Positions 39,530 to 50,452 are shown, counted from the first letter of the stretch. The stretch: DNA of 64,000 nt from an uncultured candidate division Zixibacteria bacterium (GCA_963702205.1 OY969724.1:736001-800000), one strand, 5' to 3'. Translations and numbers: made by a program. The notes: generated from the letters alone by a model not told the origin.

Positions 39530-40843
39530 CTATTTCACCCGCGCCGTGATATAATCCGGGATTTCGGCCAGTTTGTGGCGGGTCTGCTCCATTGAGTCGC
39601 GGTCGCGGATAGTAACCGTCTCGTCCTCGGCGGTCTGACCGTCGATCGTGAGGCAGTACGGACACCCGGCTTCATCCATGCGGGCGTAGCGGCGGCCGAT
39701 CGAGCCGGAGTCGTCGTAGAAGACCTTGAATTTCTTTTTAAGTTCGTCGTAGAGCTTTGTCGCTATTTCCGGCATTCCGTCTTTTTTGACCAAAGGCAAA
39801 ACAGCGGCTTTGAGCGGTGCGATTTTAGGCGAGAATTTCATCACCGCCGACTTTTCCCCGCGCGTTTCATCTTCGACATAGGCGTCGACCAGAACCGTCA
39901 ACAGGGTGCGGTCGCACCCGGCCGAGGTTTCGATGATATATGGAATAAACTGTTCGTTGGTACCGCTGTCGATATAGAGCATTTTCTTGCCGGTCGCTTC
40001 CTGATGACGGCTCAGGTCGAAATCGGTCCGGTTGTGGATGCCTTCGAGCTCTTTCCAGCCGAACGGGAATTCGTACTCGATGTCATACGCTTTCTTGGCG
40101 TAGTGCGCGAGGTCGTTCGGCCCGTGCTCGTGCCAGCGCATTTTCGATTCGGTGATGCCGAGATCACGATACCACGCCCAGCGCTGTTCGCGCCAGTACT
40201 CGAACCATTTGTCGTCCTCGGACGGTTTGATGAAGTACTGCATTTCCATCTGCTCGAACTCACGGGTGCGGAAAATGAAATTGCCGGGGGTGATTTCATT
40301 GCGGAAGGCTTTGCCGATCTGCGCAATACCGAACGGCACCTTCTGCCGCGAGGAATTTTTCACGTTCAGGAAATTGACGTATATCCCCTGGGCCGTCTCG
40401 GGCCGTAGGTACACTACCGCCGACTCATCCTCGACCGGTCCCATGAACGTCTTGAACATCAGGTTGAAATTGCGGGGCTCGGTGAGCGTCTTATTGCCGC
40501 AGGTCGGGCATTTGGTCGGATCGGCCAGTTCATCGGCGCGGAAACGGGATTTGCACGTCTTGCAGTCGATCAGCGGATCGGTGAATTCATCGATATGCCC
40601 CGACGTGCGCCAGACTTCGGGGTGCATCAGTATGGCGGCGTCGAGGCCTTCAATATCATCGCGGCGGTTGGTCATGGCGTTCCACCAGAAGTTTTTGATG
40701 TTGCGCTTGAGCTCGGCCCCGAGAGGACCGTAATCCCAGCATGAGTTAAGACCGCCGTAGATTTCAGATGATTGAAAGATGAACCCGCGTCGTTTGCACA
40801 GCGAAACTAACCTGTCCATTTTATCGTTGGTATTTTTGGCCAT
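39530..40843 (-). CDS. glyQS: Glycine--tRNA ligase (alpha2 type)
   Basis: KRRGF, YLRPETAQG, FRNEITP, REFEQME, SIGRRY. Confidence 0.95.
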   Translation of the reverse strand: MAKNTNDKMDRLVSLCKRRGFIFQSSEIYGGLNSCWDYGPLGAELKRNIKNFWWNAMTNRRDDIEGLDAAILMHPEVWRTSGHIDEFTDPLIDCKTCKSRFRADELADPTKCPTCGNKTLTEPRNFNLMFKTFMGPVEDESAVVYLRPETAQGIYVNFLNVKNSSRQKVPFGIAQIGKAFRNEITPGNFIFRTREFEQMEMQYFIKPSEDDKWFEYWREQRWAWYRDLGITESKMRWHEHGPNDLAHYAKKAYDIEYEFPFGWKELEGIHNRTDFDLSRHQEATGKKMLYIDSGTNEQFIPYIIETSAGCDRTLLTVLVDAYVEDETRGEKSAVMKFSPKIAPLKAAVLPLVKKDGMPEIATKLYDELKKKFKVFYDDSGSIGRRYARMDEAGCPYCLTIDGQTAEDETVTIRDRDSMEQTRHKLAEIPDYITARVK

Positions 40844-40869
40844 GACTTTTCCGTTTCTATATGAGTATT

Positions 40870-41661
40870 TTAAAATTTCGTGTTTTTCAGTTTTTCCAGA
40901 AATTCCAGCGAGCGCAAATCTTTGGCGCCGGTCTGGTATTTCATAAACGCCGTCAATACTTCGAGCAGTTCCTCACCGTCTCCAAGCGTTACTTTTATCC
41001 CCGCCGCTTCGGCCAGCGAAGCCGTCTGCAATTGGCGCAGCGTTTCCAGCTGTTCGGCCGGAAGCTTAATATAATATTCTCCGGGACTTTGGCAAGCGCC
41101 GCATACCACCCCGCCGCGTTCGGGCGAGACGGTCACGTAATTTTTGCCATCGGAATTGGAATAGGTCAGTCCCTCACCGGCACAGCCGACACACCCCGAG
41201 AAATTGGGACCGTAGCCGAGATACGACAGCGCTCGGATGAAATAGGCCAGGAAAACCGAAACAAGCGAGCCTTTGGCGGCCGAATCCATCAGCCGCAGGA
41301 ACCGCATGGTCAGATGATATAGCCCGGTCTGGGCCTCGTTTTCCGGGAGCAGGTCGTTTAGTATTTCAACCGCCGCCGAGGCGAAAGTCAGCCGTCCGAG
41401 CGTGCCGTCTTTCTCGAATGTAAACGCTTCGCGGATATCGGTTTCACCCAAATGGCCCAGCTCGCTTTTTTCGGATACGAAATAAGAAATTTCCAGACGG
41501 CAGAAATTGACCAGCCGTCCCCGCTTGCTTTTGAGCGACCGTCCGCCCCTGTCTACGACCGAGATTTTGCCGTAATTGTCGGTGAAGATCGAGACGATTC
41601 GCGATTGTTCTTTCCAGTTGACCGAGCGAAGGATAATTCCCTCTGACTTGACATTGGGCAT
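40870..41661 (-). CDS. recO: DNA repair protein RecO
   Basis: EGIILR..FT..GKI N-terminal OB fold, CVGC..GGVVCGAC zinc finger. Confidence 0.9.
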   Translation of the reverse strand: MPNVKSEGIILRSVNWKEQSRIVSIFTDNYGKISVVDRGGRSLKSKRGRLVNFCRLEISYFVSEKSELGHLGETDIREAFTFEKDGTLGRLTFASAAVEILNDLLPENEAQTGLYHLTMRFLRLMDSAAKGSLVSVFLAYFIRALSYLGYGPNFSGCVGCAGEGLTYSNSDGKNYVTVSPERGGVVCGACQSPGEYYIKLPAEQLETLRQLQTASLAEAAGIKVTLGDGEELLEVLTAFMKYQTGAKDLRSLEFLEKLKNTKF

Positions 41662-41676
41662 GGTAAAAAGCCCGGC

Positions 41677-42039
41677 CTATTCTTTGAGCCGGTAGATAAT
41701 TTCACCTTCGCGGGCGAAATAATGGCGGGTGCGGGCGACGTATTCGATAAATTTCATATCGCCGTTGAGCCGTTTGACGGTGTATTCGGCGTCGACGAGA
41801 TCGGCCAGGAGCTCCTTGTTGCGCTGTTCGAGGCGGTGTTTCTGGATGTGCAGCCGGGCGATGCGGATGAACCCGGTCGGTCCGGAGAAGAACGAATAAA
41901 CCGTAAAAATAGCGACAATCACAACCAGCACGCGCAGCGCTTTGCGGCGCAGACGGACGTCGGTATTGGACAGCCGCTTGCGGAGGTTTTGGGTAAGCGG
42001 CGCCAGAAACGATTTATTTTTGTTTTTCCGGACGGGCAT
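41677..42039 (-). CDS. ftsB: Septum formation initiator FtsB/DivIC family
   Basis: Single TM, coiled coil, IEYVAR..EGEIIY. Confidence 0.7.
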   Translation of the reverse strand: MPVRKNKNKSFLAPLTQNLRKRLSNTDVRLRRKALRVLVVIVAIFTVYSFFSGPTGFIRIARLHIQKHRLEQRNKELLADLVDAEYTVKRLNGDMKFIEYVARTRHYFAREGEIIYRLKE

Positions 42040-42282
42040 TTGTCTCCTGTCAGTAGACTCGAAATTTAACAAAGATAAAAGATTTAAGGCAAGGGAAATA
42101 TTTTCGGGGGGGAGATGAGCTCCAAATGGTTAATTTCCTTTGAAATGGAAAAGATATAATATATATTTTTATAGAGTCACAGGCTTTCACGAATATTTGG
42201 TAATTGCAGGTTTCATAAACCACGAATTTCGGGCAAAAATACTAAAAGCAATAGGTTGATTGTCAATTGAGGTCGATACCCA

Positions 42283-44445
42283 GTGAAGTTGGACGATAAA
42301 AACTTGAAAGATGTCATATTGATCCTTTATGATTTGATGAAAGACTCTTACTCCAAGAATAAAAATGGTTGGGTCAATCGAAAGTGGTTTATTAAAAATC
42401 TTGTAGGTTCTTATTCTGCATGGAATGATGCTTATATAAGTGCGATACTTGATATTCTTAATGAAGAAGGATATGTTATTATTTCAGGAAATGTTTTAAG
42501 ATTAACTCAGGCGTTAGTTGAGTCTTGTGGCAAGCAAGAAGTACAAAAGATATTAGACTGGAATGATCCTCATTCTATATCGCGACTAGTAAGAAATTAT
42601 GCCAGTACTATCGGGAATTCTATCTTTGGTGTCAAGAAAGTCGAATGGATTAATTATATTGAAAAACACTATTTATATTGGATATTGATAGATTATGGCG
42701 ATGAGGATGTACATTTGGGACCTGGCACGCCCGCAAGGTTAGGGAATGTATGGGGCAACATTGCAGGTTCCGACGATGGTAATGAACCAGCCTTTTATTT
42801 TATAACCCAAGAAAAAATCTATATATCTGAATCGCAAATGTCTCTTCTCGTTGATCGCGGTTACTTGATCAGTCAACTTGGCGAACAAATAGACAAGCTG
42901 GAAAAAATCCCAAGAAGATTTGTGTCATTGGTTAATGAGCCAAACAAAAGGGGACGATCAGCTACTCTACTGAGGAATTCAAATCAATTATCAGCCGGAT
43001 TAATGGCCGAATTTGAAGGCAATACTAGTCTGTTGTGGGGACCGCCGGGTGCGGGAAAAACCTATGGACTTGCATCGGTAATAACGAAATTTATAAAATC
43101 CAACCCGAATGATCGTGTACTTTTATTAGCACCATCGAATTTGGCTGCTGACGTCTTAATGCTTGAAATAATTAATGCTTTTTCGCGTAGCGGCATGAGC
43201 AGATTGGTTGATACCAGACATTTGCTAAGATACGGGTATGCTCAAAAGCACGAAATATTGATCCACGAAGAAATAATGGGTTCCTATGAACAACAAGAAA
43301 TTACTTCCCGAATTAAATGCATAAGTATGGAAATCGAGCGAACGAGGAAATCCCTTACATCAATGCAATTGGCAGAGAAACGGGCTGAATTAATGGCTTT
43401 GCGCGAGGACCTAAAACATATGGTCGAAGATCATATAATTTCATGTAACGTTGTCGTAACCAGTACAACTTTAGGGTACTTAACAAAAAGCCCAATTTTA
43501 AATTTAACTTGGGATATGGTCGTAATTGATGAAGTAACAATGGTGCCCGCTGCCATATTGTACTATTTGTCAAGATCGTCACAAAAATCTATGTTATTGG
43601 CTGGGGACCCAAGGCAATTGGGACCTGTTTTTCAAGAAAATAGAAACCTTGGTGATAATGAAAAAAGCCTTTTTGGCAAAGACGTTTTCGAGATTGCAGG
43701 CATTATGGATATTTCTTCCGAAAATATGCTATTAAAAGATTCAGGTCTTTTATACAGAATTATGGAACAAAGGCGATGTCATCCCGATATATGGAAAATT
43801 GTCGGTGGCTGGTATCCTGGTGTTAAAATAAACTATCGGAAAAATAAGAACCTAATTCAGTCGAATCTTTTCGATAAACGAGTATATCATATTAATATAT
43901 CAAATATAACTGGAATTGAGTCGGAGAAGCGTGGGAAGAGTTGGATTAATAAAGTTTCAGCGGACCTTAGTATTAAAATTATCGCGAATATCCTTAGGAC
44001 AAATCCGAAATTGACGGCAGGGATTATTTGCCCCTATTCGGCGCAAGAATATTTAATCAAAAGACTAATTGATGGACGCGACAAGAATGGATCATTGAAT
44101 TTTGAAAAAGACTTAGTCGAAGTTGGAACTGTTCATAGATTTCAAGGATCTAGCGCAGATGTTATTCTGGTGGATTTTGTTGGTAGTCAAGGAAAACGAG
44201 CATTAGGTCCACTACTGACAGGAAAAAATGGTGTTAGACTTTTAACTGTTGCATTTAGTCGAGCAAAGGAGCTTCTAATCACAATTGCTGACGATAAGTG
44301 GCATATAAGTAAATTAGATGATTGCGAAAATCCATTGCTTCAAAGGCTATTTGATTCAAGCCATCGCGTACCAATATCGGAGGCAATAAAAACGGAATTA
44401 ACAGGCTTGGATTCTATAGACATATCATGCGAATCATGGAAATGA
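42283..44445 (+). CDS. UPF1/DNA2/NAM7-like SF1 helicase in an AT-rich islet
   Basis: GPPGAGKT, APSNLAAD, IDEV, GDPRQL, QRRCHP, TVHRFQG, VAFSRAK. Confidence 0.8.
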   Translation: MKLDDKNLKDVILILYDLMKDSYSKNKNGWVNRKWFIKNLVGSYSAWNDAYISAILDILNEEGYVIISGNVLRLTQALVESCGKQEVQKILDWNDPHSISRLVRNYASTIGNSIFGVKKVEWINYIEKHYLYWILIDYGDEDVHLGPGTPARLGNVWGNIAGSDDGNEPAFYFITQEKIYISESQMSLLVDRGYLISQLGEQIDKLEKIPRRFVSLVNEPNKRGRSATLLRNSNQLSAGLMAEFEGNTSLLWGPPGAGKTYGLASVITKFIKSNPNDRVLLLAPSNLAADVLMLEIINAFSRSGMSRLVDTRHLLRYGYAQKHEILIHEEIMGSYEQQEITSRIKCISMEIERTRKSLTSMQLAEKRAELMALREDLKHMVEDHIISCNVVVTSTTLGYLTKSPILNLTWDMVVIDEVTMVPAAILYYLSRSSQKSMLLAGDPRQLGPVFQENRNLGDNEKSLFGKDVFEIAGIMDISSENMLLKDSGLLYRIMEQRRCHPDIWKIVGGWYPGVKINYRKNKNLIQSNLFDKRVYHINISNITGIESEKRGKSWINKVSADLSIKIIANILRTNPKLTAGIICPYSAQEYLIKRLIDGRDKNGSLNFEKDLVEVGTVHRFQGSSADVILVDFVGSQGKRALGPLLTGKNGVRLLTVAFSRAKELLITIADDKWHISKLDDCENPLLQRLFDSSHRVPISEAIKTELTGLDSIDISCESWK

Positions 44446-44591
44446 TAATGTTAACATATCAGATGAAGATAACAAGAACTACCTCATTACGCCCATTTCG
44501 GATGCTCAGTTAGTAAGTAGCTCTGACTGCGCGATAGATAATTGTACTATAAAGCGATAATTACTAATAGAACCACTGGGCAATAAAGGAG

Positions 44592-45074
44592 ATGTCTATG
44601 AACAGGAATATATCGTTAGCGCAAGACCGTAAGCTAAAAAGGGCTGCGAGGGGAACTAGTGGTTGGAGCGATATCATATGGGCGCAAAGGCAATATCACA
44701 ATGAACGCGTCTATTGGCATATTGAATTTTTTGCGAAAATAACTATAGCCATTTGCGGGGGTGTTTCATATTTGGCTATAACCTCAGATGTCAAGAATTT
44801 AATCCTTGTGAGTAGGATTATATTGTTAGCATGTGTGCTTGAAGTTTTTGTTGGAATTTATTGTTCTTATTTTATTTACCTCCATAGCCTTACAAAATGG
44901 CTGAAAACGGAAAATAAAGTTGACGCGAAAAGGCGAGTTTTTAAATCGAGTGATTTTAAACAGGCATTGATGATTTTGGTCGTATCGATATTAATCTCAA
45001 TAGCATTAATATTTCTATTTCTTGAGCCGAAGTGGCTCAACACGCTATATCATGTTATTTTAAAATATTTATAA
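44592..45074 (+). CDS. Hypothetical membrane protein (~3 TM)
   Basis: AAGGAG upstream; hydrophobic segments; AT-rich. Confidence 0.6.
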   Translation: MSMNRNISLAQDRKLKRAARGTSGWSDIIWAQRQYHNERVYWHIEFFAKITIAICGGVSYLAITSDVKNLILVSRIILLACVLEVFVGIYCSYFIYLHSLTKWLKTENKVDAKRRVFKSSDFKQALMILVVSILISIALIFLFLEPKWLNTLYHVILKYL

Positions 45075-45112
45075 TCGTAGGTCACGCCGACTTGCCGAAG
45101 GTCTTGAAACTG

Positions 45113-45294
45113 GTAACACACCCTTTTAGGGTGTGGTGGGTTGTATAAAGCGATCATACTGGATCTCGAACAAGTAATCCCTTTCATCAATGTTTTAATA
45201 GAAGATGCGAGGCTGGATGAATATCCGAGTTGACATGTTTAAAGCATACATCATTGCCTTAGTCTATCTCTCACACCCTGGAAGGGTGTGTTAC
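45113..45294. repeat. Inverted pair of 23-bp hairpin repeats (REP/MITE-like)
   Basis: GTAACACACCCTTTTAGGGTGTG at 45113 and CACACCCTGGAAGGGTGTGTTAC at 45272. Confidence 0.7.
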
Positions 45295-45350
45295 AGAGCA
45301 TAGAACAAAAACGCCGTCGGGGGTGTCAGGTGACGGCGTGCAAAGATTAA

Positions 45351-45428
45351 GATGTCAGGAGCGCCCTTCGCAAAACTCTCTTCGCAGACTCAGTGCAGGC
45401 AGGGCCTTCGGCACGGCTTCTGACCTAC
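45351..45428. repeat. GTAG-type REP element
   Basis: GATGTCAGGAGC...GCTTCTGACCTAC. Confidence 0.55.
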
Positions 45429-45654
45429 TAAGATTGGGTGTATTTAAATCCGCTGGGATACCGCCCCAAACTGGTCGGGACAGCCGACACGACCGAACGC
45501 AAGACGGGCCGTATGATAGATTATCGTACCAACACTGCCTCCTGGTTCTGGGAAAAGTAAGAACCCGAGGCTGGTCCGAAATCGCTTGTCCGGGGCGATC
45601 TTTGTCTTTATTATCAAGGCAAAGCTATACCTTGAAATGCTGAGGAATTTGTAT

Positions 45655-46179
45655 ATGTCCGTCAAACAACTTGAAAATCTGCCCAAAGAAAAGTTGATCG
45701 GTATAATCGAGGATTTTGCCAAGAACTGGCTGGCCCACGACGGCCTCTGGTTTCAGGCGGTGGAGCACGAGTGCGACATGCAGACCGCGATCAAACTCGA
45801 TTCCGAAGCCTGGGACAAGTTCACACGCATCGAGGCCAAACGCATTATGACCCGTCATGATATTCCCGAAAACGGCGGCCTCGAAGCGCTTAAGAGAGCC
45901 CTGCAATACCGCTTATATTCGGTTTTGAATGAGCAGACGATTGTTGAAGAAACTGATAAATCATTCGTGTTTAAAATGGTCGATTGCCGGGTGCAGTCGG
46001 CGCGAAGGAGAAAAAACCTGCCTCCGTTTCCGTGTAAGTCGGTCGGGATTGTCGAGTATACCGAATTCGCCAGGACGATAGATCCGCGCATAAAGACGGA
46101 ATGCCTGGCCTGCCCTCCGGATAAAGACGAACGCGATTATTATTGCGGGTGGCGGTTTTATGTCGAGGAGACTTTATGA
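45655..46179 (+). CDS. DUF6125-like protein
   Basis: WLAHDGLWF, CRVQSARRRK, FPCK, CPPD, CGWRF. Confidence 0.7.
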   Translation: MSVKQLENLPKEKLIGIIEDFAKNWLAHDGLWFQAVEHECDMQTAIKLDSEAWDKFTRIEAKRIMTRHDIPENGGLEALKRALQYRLYSVLNEQTIVEETDKSFVFKMVDCRVQSARRRKNLPPFPCKSVGIVEYTEFARTIDPRIKTECLACPPDKDERDYYCGWRFYVEETL

Positions 46180-46913
46180 CCGATGACCCATTCAAATCGT
46201 TTGCCGAGCGCTATGACGCTTTTGGCCGAGATGATCCGACCATTTTGGAGTTTTTTGGTCGCCTTGTCGAGAAATACGATCTGAAATCTGTCCTGGATTG
46301 CGCCTGCGGTACGGGCGATGATATCATTTTGCTTCATTCGCTCGGTCTTGATGTCACCGGATCCGATATTTCGAGTGCAATGCTTCAGGTGGCCCAAAAG
46401 AAACTATCGGCCCACAATATAGATATTCCCTTAGTCCGGGTCGATTTCCGATATCTTCGTGAAAATTTCAACCGCGAGTTCGACGCCATCTTTTGCATGT
46501 CTACTTCTTTGCCGCAGCTGCGTGAAAAAAAAGAAATCCTGAAAGCACTTAAAAGTATGTATGATATACTCAAACCCGGTGGCATACTTGTATTATCTCA
46601 GGGGATGAGCGACCGTCAGTACAGTTTCCGACACCGTTTTATCCCGGTAATCAATACACCGGAATTTTCGCGGATTATGGTAATCGATTATTTCGAGCAT
46701 GAATGGGAAGTGCACGTTCTGGACATTATTCACACGTCGGAAAATTGCGATTTCAAGACCTCGCGGTTTCGGTATCGGACCATGCTTTGCGATGATTATG
46801 AAAAATTGCTTAAAGAAGCCGGATTTTCCTCATTCGATTTTCTGGGCAATTCGCAATTCGATCCATATGATAAAAATACAAGTGGCCAGTTGATCGTTAT
46901 AGCAAAAATGTAA
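46176..46913 (+). CDS. Class I SAM-dependent methyltransferase
   Basis: VLDCACGTG, GSDISSAML, LKPGG. Confidence 0.88.
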   Translation: MTDDPFKSFAERYDAFGRDDPTILEFFGRLVEKYDLKSVLDCACGTGDDIILLHSLGLDVTGSDISSAMLQVAQKKLSAHNIDIPLVRVDFRYLRENFNREFDAIFCMSTSLPQLREKKEILKALKSMYDILKPGGILVLSQGMSDRQYSFRHRFIPVINTPEFSRIMVIDYFEHEWEVHVLDIIHTSENCDFKTSRFRYRTMLCDDYEKLLKEAGFSSFDFLGNSQFDPYDKNTSGQLIVIAKM

Positions 46914-46916
46914 CCT

Positions 46917-48308
46917 TTACCACTCGCACGGCGGGTAAGAGCCGTGATACAGCACGCCAATCAGAGTCAGAATATCTATCAGATTGCAGTCGCCACTGCA
47001 GTTGCAGTCGGCCAGGTCGGGGACGGTCGGGGTCGGACCGCCGTTGTAAATGAAATTTATCATGCCCAGGATATCAAGCAGGTTGCGATTGCTGTCCCAG
47101 TTGAAGTCGCAGTACTGTGCGGGCGCACTTTGGAGAATCGGCAGGTTGTGGTATTTGAAAAATGATTTCGGCGGGTCGGCACTGTCTTCGACGCGCACCG
47201 CGAATGTATAATTCTTAATCCGGGTGGGAGTGCCGGAAATCAGACCGCTTTCACTGATGGACAGGCCGTCGGGAAGGTTCGCCACCTGTATGGAGAAATG
47301 GTATGGCAGCACACCGCCGGTGGCGGCCACCTGGTGTGAATATTCCTCGCCGATGACGCCGGCGGGAAGGTCGGTCGAGTCGGTGATCCATACGGCGTCC
47401 ACTTCGAGCAGTGCCCCGGCAAACCCGATTCCGCAGTCGCCGTACTTGATCCAGAAGAAGCCATCGTCGCCCCACATGGTCCCCCAGCTGTTTTTCACCC
47501 TCCAGGCGCCGTCGCCGCCACATAAGTCATCGTCCCAGCCGACAATCAGGACCGCGTGCCCGGCCGCATACTCGCTGACACCATCCCACTCGTAGCATCC
47601 GCCACCATAAATATCGAAATCATCGAAGACGTCCATAGTCACGGCAATCGGCGCCACCATCACGGCCTGCTTGATTGAGTTTACGTCATCGGGCACCGAC
47701 GTCCAGTCCAGTACCTTAGCCATCACCGGGTATGAGTCTTCGGTGCACGGGACTTCGTCATTGGCCTGGTACGGCATGCTGGTCTCGAATATCGACCCGG
47801 TATCGCGGAAATGTATATAGCAAGCTTCCATCCAGCCGCCGTCACAGCCCCAATCCGGCGATACACACGACAGTATTTGTTGTTCGGAAAGATTATAATT
47901 GTACAATCTGTATATCAGGTATTGAGATTCAAGGGCCGCTACTGACGCGAATATCCAGCAGGAACCGCAGCTTCCCTGATTTCTTATGCCCGTCACTTTG
48001 CCCTGGTCTTCCCAGTTGAAGTACGACGGCAGGTCCTTGGCGCTTTTGTCGAAGCGGTTGGGATCAAGGTGCGATTCCCAGATTTCCTTCCAGTTTTCGG
48101 GCAGTTTGACGCCGCACATGTGTTTGCGTTCATCCGGGGTATAATCGGTGATGACCGAGGTGACTTTCGGCGTCCAGTCGAGCCCGAGGCGGTCGTTGAT
48201 CTGCTGTTGACGGGCAACCAGCTGCTCGGGGCTGTCTTCGGCCGAAACAGCCGCGCTTAATACGAGTAACATTGAAAGAGCCAGTAAAACGACATTGGAA
48301 ATTTTCAT
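46917..48308 (-). CDS. Secreted papain-family (C1A) cysteine peptidase with Ig-like and dockerin-like domains
   Basis: NQGSCGSCW, GHAV, KNSWG; GGVLPY..LPDGL; DFNWD..NLLDI / DCNCSG..NLIDI. Confidence 0.9.
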   Translation of the reverse strand: MKISNVVLLALSMLLVLSAAVSAEDSPEQLVARQQQINDRLGLDWTPKVTSVITDYTPDERKHMCGVKLPENWKEIWESHLDPNRFDKSAKDLPSYFNWEDQGKVTGIRNQGSCGSCWIFASVAALESQYLIYRLYNYNLSEQQILSCVSPDWGCDGGWMEACYIHFRDTGSIFETSMPYQANDEVPCTEDSYPVMAKVLDWTSVPDDVNSIKQAVMVAPIAVTMDVFDDFDIYGGGCYEWDGVSEYAAGHAVLIVGWDDDLCGGDGAWRVKNSWGTMWGDDGFFWIKYGDCGIGFAGALLEVDAVWITDSTDLPAGVIGEEYSHQVAATGGVLPYHFSIQVANLPDGLSISESGLISGTPTRIKNYTFAVRVEDSADPPKSFFKYHNLPILQSAPAQYCDFNWDSNRNLLDILGMINFIYNGGPTPTVPDLADCNCSGDCNLIDILTLIGVLYHGSYPPCEW

Positions 48309-48514
48309 ATCAAAACCCCGGCAGTATATGATAAATCGGTATTTACGAAATTATATTTCTACACCTATAAATATAGCTCTCGCTCCATTATTGTCAATAA
48401 ATTATATATTTTAGTGCATATCTTGAAAGTTGTCGGGCCGGTGCAGGCACCAAATTATCCTTGCGCCGGAATATTCAAACGCTCAATTTTAGGCGGGTCG
48501 ACTGCGGGTGAAAT

Positions 48515-49591
48515 ATGAAAAAAGAGTATTTTGTTACAGCCCTGTTCCTTTTGATCGTCGCGGCCATATTCTATCTTTTTTATCGTCTGATGGTCCCGTT
48601 TTTTCTGCCCATCACCTGGGCGGCGGTGCTGGTAATCGTCTTCCATCCGGCTTATAAATGGCTGTTGAAAAAAGTAAAATCTCCGACTCTCACGTCGGTT
48701 ATTGCATGTATTTTGATTTTCCTGATTATTATAGGCCCGTCGCTTTATATGATGGCGTCACTGGTCAGTGAGGCGGCCAATGCCGTGACGAAAGTCAATA
48801 ACCTTTATCAAAGCGGCGAGTTGAAAACACTTCTGACGGTCAAGCTGCCGTTCTGGGGGGCAATCAAAGAAAAGCTGACCGCTTATCCACAGCTGGCGGA
48901 GATGGATTTTGAGACCATACTAAAGGACGCCATATCAGTCATGACCAAAGCCGTCGGCGGGCAGGCGACCACACTAATCGCCAATATCAGCCGGACCGTG
49001 TTTTATTTCGTGCTGATGATTTTCTCCATGTTCTTTTTCTTCCGCGACGGTGACAAAATCATAAGGGTTTTAAAAAGAATCACCCCGCTGATGCCGACCC
49101 AGGTGGCGGTGATGTATGCCCACATGCACGAGATTATCGAGGGGATGATGTACGGCGGCGTGCTGGTGGCGCTGATTCAGGGAGCGGTAGGCGGGATAAT
49201 ATTCGCCATATTCGGAATCTCCTCACCGGTGTTCTGGGGGGCAATGATGGCGTTCCTGGCGTTTTTACCGATACTGGGGCCATTTCTGGTTTATATCCCG
49301 GCCGGCATTATACTCTTTTTCGGCGGAGCGCCGATCAAAGGTATCGCGATGATCGCGATCGGCGTAGTGGTTATAAGCCAGATCGATAATTTTATCCGTC
49401 CGCTTTTGTTCACCGGTAAGACTCGTATGCACACCCTGCTGCTGTTTTTCTCGATTATGGGCGGGCTGTATATGTTCGGCCTGATCGGGATTGTCCTTGG
49501 GCCGCTTATCGCGGCGATTTTTGTATCGCTTTTGCGGGTGTTCGAGGTCCGGCTCAGCCCGGATGATGAAGCAAAGCCGGTTGCCGGATAA
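48515..49591 (+). CDS. AI-2E family transporter
   Basis: Multi-TM; FFFFRDG, DNFIRP, GLIGIVLGP. Confidence 0.88.
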   Translation: MKKEYFVTALFLLIVAAIFYLFYRLMVPFFLPITWAAVLVIVFHPAYKWLLKKVKSPTLTSVIACILIFLIIIGPSLYMMASLVSEAANAVTKVNNLYQSGELKTLLTVKLPFWGAIKEKLTAYPQLAEMDFETILKDAISVMTKAVGGQATTLIANISRTVFYFVLMIFSMFFFFRDGDKIIRVLKRITPLMPTQVAVMYAHMHEIIEGMMYGGVLVALIQGAVGGIIFAIFGISSPVFWGAMMAFLAFLPILGPFLVYIPAGIILFFGGAPIKGIAMIAIGVVVISQIDNFIRPLLFTGKTRMHTLLLFFSIMGGLYMFGLIGIVLGPLIAAIFVSLLRVFEVRLSPDDEAKPVAG

Positions 49592-49793
49592 AATACCAGA
49601 AATAGTAGTCCATTATTATCCGTAACATATTGTCATGTAGTTGCTTATAACAAAATGGGTTCGTTTTTGGAAAAAATTTCGTCTTTTCCCCTCTCTTTGG
49701 ACGGTGTATTTCGGGCGTAATTTATTGCTCATAATATAGGGGGAGTGGTGGAAACAACATCGGTTTGGGGGTGGAATTGTACTTGATTCTTTC

Positions 49794-50360
49794 CACCCCA
49801 AACTTGGGGCTTGTCGAAAAACCAGTAGGTCGGCTTCCGAATCCTGACGAAGTCAGGAGAGAAAGCCGACATCTTGTTGTCGGGTTTCTCGTTACGCTTC
49901 GCTCCACTCGGAACCCGACCTACTTCTTGCACCATGCGTGCACTTTATCAACAAGCCCCAAGTTTGGGGTGGCCACCCGGTCGCCCCAAAATGTCATACC
50001 CGCGTACGCGGGTATTCAGAATTCTTGTAGCCCACCCAACAGGTGGCTGGCCGCAATCTGGCAGTTCAAAGTGGGTCAAATCTCATTGGAGATATGACAT
50101 CTTTTTCCTGGATTCCCGCCTACGCGGGAATGACATTATAGGTACGAAGTGCTTATTAGAATTCTTGTAGCCCACCCAACGGGTGGCAAGTTGCGATAAT
50201 GCACCACGCAATGAATTTGATGAATATATGGTCGGCGTAGCCCGACATTCTATGTCGGGTTTCTCGTAAGAGAAGAAAAGCTTGTTCGGTCAGGTCCTGC
50301 GTTCCGATTTATCGTGGCGTGTGACCTGACCGAATTGTAAGTCATTGACCCGACCTGCCA
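49794..50360. repeat. Composite cluster of REP/MITE-like palindromes
   Basis: CACCCCAAACTTGGGGCTTG inverted pair, GTAGGTC..GACATC hairpins, GTCATACCCGCGTACGCGGGTA / GGATTCCCGCCTACGCGGGAATGAC pair, duplicated AGAATTCTTGTAGCCCACCCAAC. Confidence 0.8.
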
Positions 50361-50396
50361 TGAATATAAAAAACCCTCTAAAGATCGTTTTTCCTA

Positions 50397-50440
50397 TTGA
50401 CAAACTACGCTATTTGGCTATATTGCCAAATAACCAAATA
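50397..50440 (+). promoter_or_regulatory. Promoter with candidate ArsR/SmtB operator
   Basis: TTGACA at 50397; inverted repeat TATTTGGC..GCCAAATA and a further CCAAATA upstream of the ArsR gene. Confidence 0.6.
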
Positions 50441-50452
50441 TGAGGTTTAGTT

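Noticed and set aside
49616..50170. Short ORFs in the intergenic region (also 52533..52841, 54071..54331, 45323..45643)
   Set aside because: They translate palindromic repeats (e.g. LDSRLRGND, SGFSKTRNPT) and have no protein-like features
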